DNA of 46,281 nt from a virus. The notes beneath the pieces were generated by a model. It was not told the origin of the DNA. It did no database searches and saw only the letters and a list, made by a program, of their open reading frames with translations. Shown here piece after piece: positions 1 to 8,742 of this stretch. The stretch lies in the IMG/VR virus record IMGVR_UViG_3300017971_000396; one strand, given 5' to 3'. The translations under genes were made by a program, and so were the position numbers. Positions within the stretch are counted from its first letter, which is position 1. Each line of letters starts with the position of its first letter.

Positions 1-240
1 AAAATTAATGATGTCAATGAAATAACAGAGAATATTAAATCTTATAGCTCTAAAATATTTCAAGTATCAAAAATAGAATTAATCGGTTGGATTGCAGTAA
101 CAGGTTTTGCTGGATATACTATCTATATTATTTGTGAAATTTGTAGTTTAGGTGGATTATAATTTTTTTAAAGTTAATTATACTTGTTAATAATCTATGT
201 TATATTATTATAAGTAGAGGTTATATATTTGGAGGAATAA

Positions 241-822
241 ATGAGAAATCTAAGAGATGATATTATTTCTTATTACGATCTTGAACAACATATTGGAAAA
301 GTTGTTAATAGTATCATTCAATTTTGTCGTAAAAAATGTAGAGAAAATTTATTGCTTGCTAAAGAACTTCAATTCGATGATAACATTATTATTGATGAAG
401 GATTAGTTGAAAGATTCTCCATAGAAAACGATAATCTTATTATAGTAACAGATCGAAATGAAGTTATTTATATTCCAATGGAACATATCAATGATTGGAA
501 ACAATACTTTGATAACTTTTACGAAAGCTTTTTTCAAGATGAAATTAAATATTATGACGTAGATTGCGGCGCTACAGCATATCAGATAGCGGATGAACTA
601 CGGCGCGGTGGAAACACAATATGTGGTATAACTTGGCGCCATGATCCAGAAAAACCTGCTGGAGCTGCAACTCTATATTGTGATATCGCGATTGATATCT
701 TAGATCAACAACCAACATTCATTCCTGATTTTGGAAAGCCTGTTAAACATGTAACAACACAAAAAGACGATCTTCACATCGGCCCTGATGTTTTACGTCT
801 ACAAATTGCTTTGGAAAAATAA
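241..822 (+). CDS. hypothetical protein
   Basis: 193-aa ORF with GGAGG 7 nt upstream of the ATG. No motif recognised. Confidence 0.6.
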   Translation: MRNLRDDIISYYDLEQHIGKVVNSIIQFCRKKCRENLLLAKELQFDDNIIIDEGLVERFSIENDNLIIVTDRNEVIYIPMEHINDWKQYFDNFYESFFQDEIKYYDVDCGATAYQIADELRRGGNTICGITWRHDPEKPAGAATLYCDIAIDILDQQPTFIPDFGKPVKHVTTQKDDLHIGPDVLRLQIALEK

Positions 823-823
823 T

Positions 824-1138
824 ATGAAAACTAGAACCGGATTTGTAAGTAATAGTTCATCTTCAAGTTTTATTCTTAGTACAACTTTATCTGCTGAAGA
901 AGTTAAAGAGAGTTTCATTGAAATTCTTAATGGTATGTCTAAGCTTAGTCAAAATACTATTTACGAAGATATTGCAACACAGCTTAAAGATGATGTAGCT
1001 ATGTTTGATGTTGAAAATCATAAAGATGGTGTTGCAGTTTATGATACTTATGATAATGGCATGCCATTTATTATTCGTCAAATTATTGAAGATATGTGCG
1101 AATATACTGGCGGTTATGGTCATGATATTGAATGGTAG
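824..1138 (+). CDS. small protein of the Ser-rich N-terminal-tag family (member 1)
   Basis: Begins MKTRTGFVSNSSSSSFIL, the N-terminus shared by five ORFs in this window. The ATG at 824 directly follows the stop of the upstream gene. Confidence 0.6.
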   Translation: MKTRTGFVSNSSSSSFILSTTLSAEEVKESFIEILNGMSKLSQNTIYEDIATQLKDDVAMFDVENHKDGVAVYDTYDNGMPFIIRQIIEDMCEYTGGYGHDIEW

Positions 1139-1147
1139 GAAATATTA

Positions 1148-1672
1148 ATGATTTATTGTATACTCGGCCCTAGTGGTGTTGGAAAAACCACAGTTGCATT
1201 AAGATTAGGACTTCCACAAATTATAAGTACTACAACGCGAGAAGTGCGTGAAGGTGAGATTCCTGGTAAAACTTATCATTATGTAGATCAAGATACTTTC
1301 TTTGAGCTTGATCTTCTTGAACGTATAGAATATGATAAAGACTGGTATGGTCTTCAAACAGAACATGTTCAAGATGCACTTGATACTGGTAAAGACCACT
1401 ACGTTATATTGAATGCTCTAGGTTGTTCAATAATGAAACGTATGTTTATGGATGTTCGAGTAATATATTTGAAGGCTCCCCCACGTGATTTAGTTGGATT
1501 CATGAAGAAACGTGGTGATTCTGATAAAAAGATAATTGGAAGACTTTGTACTATGATTGAACAAAAAGAATTTAGTAATGATCATATTGCTGATCTTATT
1601 ATTGATTCTATAAGTCTTGATGATATCGAAAATTGTATTAAAGCATTTATCAAGAATGGTGGTGATTTTTAG
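1148..1672 (+). CDS. gmk: guanylate kinase-like P-loop kinase
   Basis: GPSGVGKTT Walker A, STTTRevReGEipGktYHYVdqdtF, and downstream YG...TG motifs laid out as in bacterial Gmk. Confidence 0.65.
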   Translation: MIYCILGPSGVGKTTVALRLGLPQIISTTTREVREGEIPGKTYHYVDQDTFFELDLLERIEYDKDWYGLQTEHVQDALDTGKDHYVILNALGCSIMKRMFMDVRVIYLKAPPRDLVGFMKKRGDSDKKIIGRLCTMIEQKEFSNDHIADLIIDSISLDDIENCIKAFIKNGGDF

Positions 1673-1703
1673 TAACCGTTAACAAATAAAAAGGAGATAC
1701 CAC

Positions 1704-2159
1704 ATGTATCATTCCGCAGACAAAAGAGTAAAATCACTCTTTAAATTCATGGAGAAGAAAGTTGAATTCTTCAAATGGAAAAATGAACGCAATTATGGTG
1801 GAATTCACACTTCCAAGAAAGCATCCATTTGGATGGATGTTCATGAAAATGACATTGAAATTGGTTTGAAAACCGATGGAAAGAATTTATCTTTTAAAGA
1901 GATTGCTATTTATCTTAATAGCAAGGGTTTGCTTAATACTCCTCTTTATAAAGGTTATCAATTGAATATCATGCCAGCTCCACGTAAGAAAGATGGAGTA
2001 CATGTAACTCTTAAAATTCCAATTACAAATTGGGATGTACTATCTGATGAGAATCTACGTGATGATCTTATTATCATCTATACAATTCTTGTTTTGAAAT
2101 TTAAAGGTTTGGTTAAACCACGTAAACTACGTGAATATAATAAAACAAAAGGTAATTAA
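1704..2159 (+). CDS. hypothetical protein
   Basis: 151-aa ORF following an AAAGGAG RBS. Confidence 0.5.
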   Translation: MYHSADKRVKSLFKFMEKKVEFFKWKNERNYGGIHTSKKASIWMDVHENDIEIGLKTDGKNLSFKEIAIYLNSKGLLNTPLYKGYQLNIMPAPRKKDGVHVTLKIPITNWDVLSDENLRDDLIIIYTILVLKFKGLVKPRKLREYNKTKGN

Positions 2160-2163
2160 CAAA

Positions 2164-2712
2164 ATGAAAATCCTTGGTGATAAAATTCTACATGAAACAC
2201 GTTGGCTAAAACTTGTTGAACGTACATATCTTAATAAAGATAATGAAGAACAGAAATGGGTTTTGGCTCAGCGAAATAATGATTGTGCTGCTGTCATGAT
2301 TATTCCTTATCATTACGATGAAAATGGTAAGAAAACATTAGTTATTACCAAGGAATTTCGCCCTGCTCTTGAAGGTTATGAATGGGGATTCCCTGCTGGT
2401 CTTATTGATGATAATGAACCAGTTCTTAAAACTGCAATGCGTGAATTGCATGAAGAAACTGGTCTTGAACTTGATGAAGTTATCATGGTTTCCCCTCCAG
2501 TTTATAACTCAGCTGGTATGACTGATGAAAGTATTTCAATGGTTTGGGTTAAATGTAGTGGTACACCAACTAATAAGTATCAAGAACCTGGTGAAAATAT
2601 TGAAACATTTCTAATGACTCCAACCGATGTTGATAAACTTCTTAGAAAGAATGTTAAGATCGGTGCTAAGAGCTGGATTATTATGAAACGTTTTACAAGA
2701 GATGAAGAATGA
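2164..2712 (+). CDS. Nudix hydrolase (NudE-like)
   Basis: Nudix box GfpaGlidDnEpvlkTAmRELhEETGL. Start chosen at MKILGDK, which has an AAAGG RBS; the longer track ORF 2131-2712 overlaps the previous gene. Confidence 0.7.
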   Translation: MKILGDKILHETRWLKLVERTYLNKDNEEQKWVLAQRNNDCAAVMIIPYHYDENGKKTLVITKEFRPALEGYEWGFPAGLIDDNEPVLKTAMRELHEETGLELDEVIMVSPPVYNSAGMTDESISMVWVKCSGTPTNKYQEPGENIETFLMTPTDVDKLLRKNVKIGAKSWIIMKRFTRDEE

Positions 2713-2915
2713 AAAAGAAAACAAGAGATATTGTTGTTAATGATATCGCATATAAATGGATGGTTAAAGAAAATACTGAAGTATTTCTACCTACACTTCC
2801 AACAGTAGTAATTTGGAAAGCTGATAGTAAAGTTCCTATTTTTAAAGATAGTCTTGAATTTAATGATTACCCAGTTACTCCAAGTATAATTGAAAAGGTT
2901 ATTAAAAGTTTATGA
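2709..2915 (+). CDS. hypothetical small protein
   Basis: 68 aa, ATGA overlap with the upstream gene. Confidence 0.45.
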   Translation: MKKKTRDIVVNDIAYKWMVKENTEVFLPTLPTVVIWKADSKVPIFKDSLEFNDYPVTPSIIEKVIKSL

Positions 2916-3487
2916 CAACAAGAACTTTTACAGTTGGGAAAAACATGCCGCCACAAGGTGTAGCGCCGGCAGTATGTTTGATTAATCCAAAATATGATCG
3001 AAATGTTTCAGCAGCTTTGCGTGCATGTTCATGTCTTGGTGCTAAACAATTATGGTGGACAGGTAATCGAGTTCGTCTTGAAGAAGGACAAAGACTTCCA
3101 AGAGAAGAACGTATGAAAGGTTATATGGATGTTGAGATGCGTCAATACGATAAACCGTTTGATCACTTCCCTAAATGTACACCAGTTGCAATTGAAGTAC
3201 GTGAAAATGCAATTCCGCTTTCACAATTCGAACACCCTGAAAATCCATTATATGTATTTGGACCTGAAGATGGAAGTATTGATCAAAAATATCTTCGTCA
3301 TTGTCACAGATTTGTAGTAATGGAAACAGAACATTGTACCAATTTGGCTGCAGCAGTTTACTTGATACTTTATCATAGACGTTTACAATTAATTAGAGAT
3401 GGTTTACTTGATCCATATGATTTAGTACCTGGTGTACATGAAAATCGTGGATGGGCAGACTATGAAAACACAGAGGCAATAGGATGA
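2912..3487 (+). CDS. SPOUT (SpoU/TrmH-class) RNA 2'-O-methyltransferase-like
   Basis: NvsAAlRacsclGakqLw motif and a later FGpEdGsid...h...LaAAvylil motif, laid out as SpoU motifs 1 and 2/3. Confidence 0.5.
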   Translation: MTTRTFTVGKNMPPQGVAPAVCLINPKYDRNVSAALRACSCLGAKQLWWTGNRVRLEEGQRLPREERMKGYMDVEMRQYDKPFDHFPKCTPVAIEVRENAIPLSQFEHPENPLYVFGPEDGSIDQKYLRHCHRFVVMETEHCTNLAAAVYLILYHRRLQLIRDGLLDPYDLVPGVHENRGWADYENTEAIG

Positions 3488-4056
3488 TTATTAAATTAAA
3501 AGGTCAGTATCGTTTTGGCGACTATCTTGATACAGAAGATATTCGTTTTTTACAAAATACTGTTGGCGGAAAATGGCATATTCATACACATGATGGAAAC
3601 GGAAAACATAGTACAGATGCAACAATATGTAGAGTTTATGGAAATTATTATGAAGATATGCCTCGAAATAAAAGTATTGATGAACTTCCAGTAGATGCAG
3701 AGATTTGTAAAACATGTGCTAAAATTGTAGCTAAATATGTTGACATCATTAAAAAATGTGAAAAAGCTGCAAGCGAAGAAAGTCAAAAACAAATTTATAA
3801 TAGTGTAAAAATTGCACCAGAGAAAAATGTTAATATCAATTTTGGTATGACATCTCCAGATGGTGACGTTAGTATTCAAGGAACTATCCCAGCAAAAATG
3901 GCAAACAGAATTATTGAGATGATTTCAAAAGAAATTCTTAATATTCCAAAAACAATGGATAATATCGAAGAATATTTGAATAACCCTGTTCCTACTACAC
4001 ATACTCCATGTTTAAGTAGTAACATCGCATTTAATAATTCGTCAATATCTGGTTAA
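3484..4056 (+). CDS. hypothetical protein
   Basis: 190-aa ORF, translationally coupled to the upstream gene. Confidence 0.5.
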   Translation: MIIKLKGQYRFGDYLDTEDIRFLQNTVGGKWHIHTHDGNGKHSTDATICRVYGNYYEDMPRNKSIDELPVDAEICKTCAKIVAKYVDIIKKCEKAASEESQKQIYNSVKIAPEKNVNINFGMTSPDGDVSIQGTIPAKMANRIIEMISKEILNIPKTMDNIEEYLNNPVPTTHTPCLSSNIAFNNSSISG

Positions 4057-4117
4057 AAATAACTATACACATAAATTTTTCATGTTATTTTATTTTAACA
4101 ATTAAAGGAGTACCAAC

Positions 4118-4894
4118 ATGGAAATCTCATTAGAAAGACCGAATGGAACAATTCTTCCGAAATCATTTGAAAATGTTAAATCTATTTGGACTGATGAACC
4201 TCATGAAAGAGTTAAAGGACGATATAAATTTATCTCCACAATGAATGTTATTGATACTTTAACTGATGCTGGATGGCATCCTGTTAGTGCTTCTGAAAGT
4301 CATACTCGTCTTGATCAGTATAGAGGTTTTCAAGGACATATGGTTCGTCTAAGAAATGCTCGACAACTTCCTAAAATTAATGATACTCATGTTGAATTGG
4401 TAGTTAAAAATTCACATGCAGGATTTACATCATTTGAATTCTTGGCTGGTCTATTTCGTTTGATTTGTTCAAATGGTTTAGTAATTGCTGATAAGACTTT
4501 TGAATCTAAAAAGATTACTCATGTTGGTTATCAAGCTGAAAAAGTCTTGGAAATCGTAGCTAACCTTGCTGACAATACTACAATGATTTCTAAACACATT
4601 GATGAAATGACATCAACTGTTTTACAAGAAAAACAGAAATTAGAATTCGCTGAAAGAGCTGGAGAAGTTAGAGGTTGGAAAAAATTTGAACCAACTGAAA
4701 TCATTCATCCTCGTCGTAATGAAGATAATGGAAATGACGTTTGGTCAGTCTTTAATGTTATCCAAGAAAATCTTATGAAAGGTGGTATTGATCTTAATGG
4801 GCGACGTTCCAGAGCTATTAAGTCAATTGATAAATCAGTATCACTTAATCAAGACCTATGGGAATTGGCTGAAGAATACGCGGGAATTGTATAA
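4118..4894 (+). CDS. hypothetical protein
   Basis: 258 aa with AAAGGAG 8 nt upstream. Confidence 0.55.
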   Translation: MEISLERPNGTILPKSFENVKSIWTDEPHERVKGRYKFISTMNVIDTLTDAGWHPVSASESHTRLDQYRGFQGHMVRLRNARQLPKINDTHVELVVKNSHAGFTSFEFLAGLFRLICSNGLVIADKTFESKKITHVGYQAEKVLEIVANLADNTTMISKHIDEMTSTVLQEKQKLEFAERAGEVRGWKKFEPTEIIHPRRNEDNGNDVWSVFNVIQENLMKGGIDLNGRRSRAIKSIDKSVSLNQDLWELAEEYAGIV

Positions 4895-5100
4895 TGGAAT
4901 TTGTTCTTTATATTATTTTAGCTTGGGGAATTACAAGTGGTATAATGTTTATTATAAACTTTGCTACTTCTTTTGGTCAATATAACCAACCCAATTGGAA
5001 ACAATATGTGTTTTTCTGGTTAGTTGGAGGTCCAATTGCATGGGTATTTACAACTCCAATTATTTTATGTATTATGATTTATAAGAAACTTGGTGATTAA
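4894..5100 (+). CDS. small membrane protein (2 TM)
   Basis: 68 aa with two hydrophobic helices. Confidence 0.45.
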   Translation: MEFVLYIILAWGITSGIMFIINFATSFGQYNQPNWKQYVFFWLVGGPIAWVFTTPIILCIMIYKKLGD

Positions 5101-5101
5101 A

Positions 5102-5575
5102 ATGAAAACTAGAACAGGATTTGTAAGTAATAGTTCATCTTCAAGTTTCATTATTTTAACTGGTGGAAATTGTAAATGCGATAAATGCGGGGTTGATAGT
5201 TGGGAATTGTTTGTAAAGATGATATCTGAAAGTTATAGTTCAGATGATGAAATCGAAGAAATAAACATAGAAGATTATATCAAAGATATAAATACTGAGA
5301 TTCTAAAGCTACAACTTCAAATCGATGATTATAAAAGATATAACAGAGATGAAGTTTACTATAGTAGCATCGGTTTTGAAATTACATACGGTGAAAAAAT
5401 TGAATGGTTGGAAGAAGAAATTCATCAACGTGAAACAAGAATTGCAGAAGTTGTAGAAAAATCAAAAGAGCGAAATTTTCGCAATGTAGCAATTACTTCA
5501 ATCTCATATCATAATGACGCCGCTAGTAATCTGATGGAACAACTTCAAAAATTAAAAGTCATTGAAGTATTATGA
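5102..5575 (+). CDS. small protein of the Ser-rich N-terminal-tag family (member 2)
   Basis: Begins MKTRTGFVSNSSSSSFIIL. The ATG at 5102 lies just after the upstream stop. The C-terminal part is coiled-coil-like. Confidence 0.6.
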   Translation: MKTRTGFVSNSSSSSFIILTGGNCKCDKCGVDSWELFVKMISESYSSDDEIEEINIEDYIKDINTEILKLQLQIDDYKRYNRDEVYYSSIGFEITYGEKIEWLEEEIHQRETRIAEVVEKSKERNFRNVAITSISYHNDAASNLMEQLQKLKVIEVL

Positions 5576-5832
5576 CAACAGAAAAAGATAAAATAGAACT
5601 TGAAAATTCTGATATAGATCCACGTGATGAAAAAATTGCTGAGCTAGAAAAAGAGCTTGCAGAACTTAAGCTTCGATTTACAAAATCAACTGAATTAGAA
5701 GCAGAAGATCATGATCTTCTGATGAAACATGAAGTTAAGATAAGAGAAATATATTCCACATTATTTGGTAAAAGAACATGGCTCGGTAAATTATTTTTCA
5801 AAACACAAGAAGAAAAATCATCCAAGAATTAA
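5572..5832 (+). CDS. small coiled-coil protein
   Basis: 86 aa, rich in E/K heptads. Confidence 0.45.
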   Translation: MTTEKDKIELENSDIDPRDEKIAELEKELAELKLRFTKSTELEAEDHDLLMKHEVKIREIYSTLFGKRTWLGKLFFKTQEEKSSKN

Positions 5833-5929
5833 TGTGTTTAAATTAATAAAAAAGTTGTTTTTACTTTTTAATCTTTGAGGTTATATTATAATACAAATGG
5901 AATTATAATTAACTGAAAGGGGTTAAAAA

Positions 5930-6172
5930 ATGATATCACGACTTGTTAATGAACACATGGAAACGCTAATAGTATTGTTCTTAGCACTCTTCTTTATCAT
6001 CAAATACGTTGGTCGCTTTATCTATAAAATTGCACTGTGGATTCTAGTAATCAGCGGATCATATATTCTTGGTCGTAAAGCATGGAATATGGCAATGGGT
6101 GATCGTGATGTTACTTTAGCAAATATTCTTTCTGCAATCCAAACTTGTAAAGATGGTAGAGAGACTAAATAA
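5930..6172 (+). CDS. small membrane protein
   Basis: 80 aa, 2 TM, GAAAGGGG RBS. Confidence 0.5.
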   Translation: MISRLVNEHMETLIVLFLALFFIIKYVGRFIYKIALWILVISGSYILGRKAWNMAMGDRDVTLANILSAIQTCKDGRETK

Positions 6173-6429
6173 TGAACGATCAAGAATTTGCAAAGTTAAT
6201 TAAAGATGGTGATAAAGTAGCTTTTAATTTTAAAAATATTGCAGGTGAATTCACAGTAATACTTCTCTGGATTTTTATAATGTTTTTAGAATACAAAGAA
6301 GAAAATTTTAGTTATGTCTGGTATACGGGAATATTTTTTATTGGAGGACTTTCGATATCATTAGTAATTAGATTGATATGGTTTTTCTATCATATTACTT
6401 TTAATATTTCTTTTGGTAGTGATGAGTGA
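6172..6429 (+). CDS. small membrane protein
   Basis: 85 aa, 2-3 TM. Confidence 0.45.
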   Translation: MNDQEFAKLIKDGDKVAFNFKNIAGEFTVILLWIFIMFLEYKEENFSYVWYTGIFFIGGLSISLVIRLIWFFYHITFNISFGSDE

Positions 6430-6434
6430 AGATT

Positions 6435-6770
6435 ATGAAATGGCTTTTAAATAAGATTGCAAAAATGAGAGCAACGGCTGCGTGGCGTGAATATAGAGTT
6501 GAGCATATTTTTGAATTAGAATTACTTAAGCTTTTAAGAAATAGGGCTAAAGAAAATCTTGATATTTTAACTACTCAAAAGAATGAATGCGTAATTCGTA
6601 ATCGTAAAGAATATAATGGCTTACCTCTTTCAAAAATTCATACAAGAATTATGGATCTTACTGAGTATATTGAAAGTGTTGAATTCGATATCAAAAGCCA
6701 TGAGTTAATTGGTGAAACTATGAAAAAGAAAATATTTGAACAATATGGAGTAACAAATGAGTTGGCCTGA
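6435..6770 (+). CDS. hypothetical protein
   Basis: The ORF track starts at GTG 6426. The first ATG (MKWLLNK) is at 6435, just after the upstream stop. Confidence 0.45.
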   Translation: MKWLLNKIAKMRATAAWREYRVEHIFELELLKLLRNRAKENLDILTTQKNECVIRNRKEYNGLPLSKIHTRIMDLTEYIESVEFDIKSHELIGETMKKKIFEQYGVTNELA

Positions 6771-7314
6771 TAATGTTTGCCCAATATGCAATGAATTACC
6801 TACCTTAGTTGGAAGAGATTTTTTCCGACACAGTCATTGTAAAAATGACCATATTTGGCATACTTGCACGAATTGTCAAGTTATTGTCAAAGGAAAAAGA
6901 CCTAAGATTAGTTTACAAATTAATGATTGTTCTTGTCCTTCAAATATTAAAGAAATTTTTAATATTGCAAATTCTGAAGAAGCTAATTTAGATAGCAAAT
7001 CAATTGATGAAATTTTCAAATATATTCATGGTTGTAGCCGTCTTGAAAGAAAAACAATTCTTGAAATGCTTGGTAAGTTAGCTGAAGAAACTGGTGAAGT
7101 TGCGCAAGAAATTCTTATTAGTGAACGTTCACCTGGTATGACTCATAAAGAACCAAGTGAAGATGGTATCCTTGGAGAATGTGTTGATACAATAATTGTG
7201 GCTGCATGTATTGCATTTAAAACTGGTGCTAGTATCGAACAGATGAGTGATAAATTTGTTGAGAAACTTAATAAATGGAAAAAAGTAAGTATCAACAATA
7301 ATAAAGATAAATAA
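6757..7314 (+). CDS. Zn-finger protein with possible MazG-like NTP pyrophosphohydrolase C-terminal domain
   Basis: N-terminal CPIC...HC...CTNC cysteines. C-terminal LaEEtGEvaqEil ... resembles a MazG EExxE helix. Confidence 0.35.
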   Translation: MSWPDNVCPICNELPTLVGRDFFRHSHCKNDHIWHTCTNCQVIVKGKRPKISLQINDCSCPSNIKEIFNIANSEEANLDSKSIDEIFKYIHGCSRLERKTILEMLGKLAEETGEVAQEILISERSPGMTHKEPSEDGILGECVDTIIVAACIAFKTGASIEQMSDKFVEKLNKWKKVSINNNKDK

Positions 7315-7571
7315 TGAAATTAATTTTACAAATTATTGGTACATTACTTTATGTTATTATCTGTTGTTTATTTATAGTTCTAACAATAGTATTATTCATT
7401 CCATGTACACCATTTATATTATTAGGTGCACCAGCTATTATGTGCTATGGTTCAACTAAATTTGATAATTGGCCAATGTGGGCAATCATTACTACTTGGC
7501 CATATCACTTCTATCATAAAATGATATGTAAAATTATTGGTACTAAACAAAATTTGGAATGTTATGGATGA
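7314..7571 (+). CDS. small membrane protein
   Basis: 85 aa, 2 TM. Confidence 0.45.
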   Translation: MKLILQIIGTLLYVIICCLFIVLTIVLFIPCTPFILLGAPAIMCYGSTKFDNWPMWAIITTWPYHFYHKMICKIIGTKQNLECYG

Positions 7572-7921
7572 ACAATAATATTATACAGATTCTTAAGTCG
7601 ATGGGATATCGAGAAATGGCTCCTGAAAAATGGGCTAAGCCAGTAGGATATAGTCTATTAACATTTGACAATTATAAAGAAGAATGGCAAATAACATGTT
7701 GGTGTCCAAAAGGATGTAGTGCTGATATGTCAGATGGAAAACACTATCGATGGTCTGCTAAAAGTATTAATATTGACGAAACTGATTTTGAAAAACTAAA
7801 GCATGCTTTTCAATATAAAGAAAATGAAGTTTTACGTCAACAATGGAACTATGGTGATTTCTCATTTTTAACAACAAAAGAAATTGCTGAATTTGAAATG
7901 GAGTGTTATGATGAGTTGTAG
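7559..7921 (+). CDS. hypothetical protein
   Basis: 120-aa ORF. Confidence 0.45.
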   Translation: MLWMNNNIIQILKSMGYREMAPEKWAKPVGYSLLTFDNYKEEWQITCWCPKGCSADMSDGKHYRWSAKSINIDETDFEKLKHAFQYKENEVLRQQWNYGDFSFLTTKEIAEFEMECYDEL

Positions 7922-8327
7922 AATTTTAGATCATGATGATTGGTCGTTTGAGGTTGCCGATGATGGTTTTGTACATGCATCAAAACGTTATCTAACTAAT
8001 GAAGATGGTTACATATACTCACCGTATCAAATACATCGACCTACAGATTTTATTGTCAAAAGTGATCGTCTATATCATGATATAGATCCTTCTGAAACTT
8101 ACAGTGTAGTAAAAGGAATACATTGTTATCTAAATTATGATCATAGTGGTGGTGCGGTTTGTATGGAAGTATTAATCAAACCTGAAGATATAGTTATGGT
8201 TGGTTCATTTGGTGGCAATGATTCTATTGTAGCAATGCAAGTTGAATTAAAAGAGAAATTCACACATGCTGGAAAACATTACCAACTTATTAAAACACCT
8301 AGAGGTATAAAAGTATTATGGGTTTAA
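7908..8327 (+). CDS. hypothetical protein
   Basis: Start moved to MMSCRIL, which has GGAG upstream. The track ORF 7884-8327 overlaps the previous gene. Confidence 0.45.
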   Translation: MMSCRILDHDDWSFEVADDGFVHASKRYLTNEDGYIYSPYQIHRPTDFIVKSDRLYHDIDPSETYSVVKGIHCYLNYDHSGGAVCMEVLIKPEDIVMVGSFGGNDSIVAMQVELKEKFTHAGKHYQLIKTPRGIKVLWV

Positions 8328-8647
8328 GATTATTTGGAAGTTCCAGTTCTTACGATTCAGATTTTAATCAACCATTACCAAATCCAGATCCATCAAACTT
8401 TAAGATTCTTACATATATGCAATATGATTCTGGATACATTATTTTACTAGTACAATATTTAGATTGTACAAATTATGAAGGTAAAAAGATTATGGTCTAT
8501 GAATCAACATATAAAGAAATTATAGAACAGAAATCATTAGATCCTCATTTTAGTGAGAATAAAACAAAGATTTCACCTATTGCAAGATTTGAACCAACTG
8601 ATAAAGGTTGGTCAATGGCAAATAGATTTGTTAAATCTCTACAATAA
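8318..8647 (+). CDS. hypothetical protein
   Basis: 109-aa ORF. Confidence 0.45.
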   Translation: MGLRLFGSSSSYDSDFNQPLPNPDPSNFKILTYMQYDSGYIILLVQYLDCTNYEGKKIMVYESTYKEIIEQKSLDPHFSENKTKISPIARFEPTDKGWSMANRFVKSLQ

Positions 8648-8742
8648 TATACTTTTAAAATAATTAAAAGTAAATTATACTTTTAAACTTTCATAGTTAT
8701 ATTATATCATCTAAATAATATAATTTAAATAAGGACAACAAA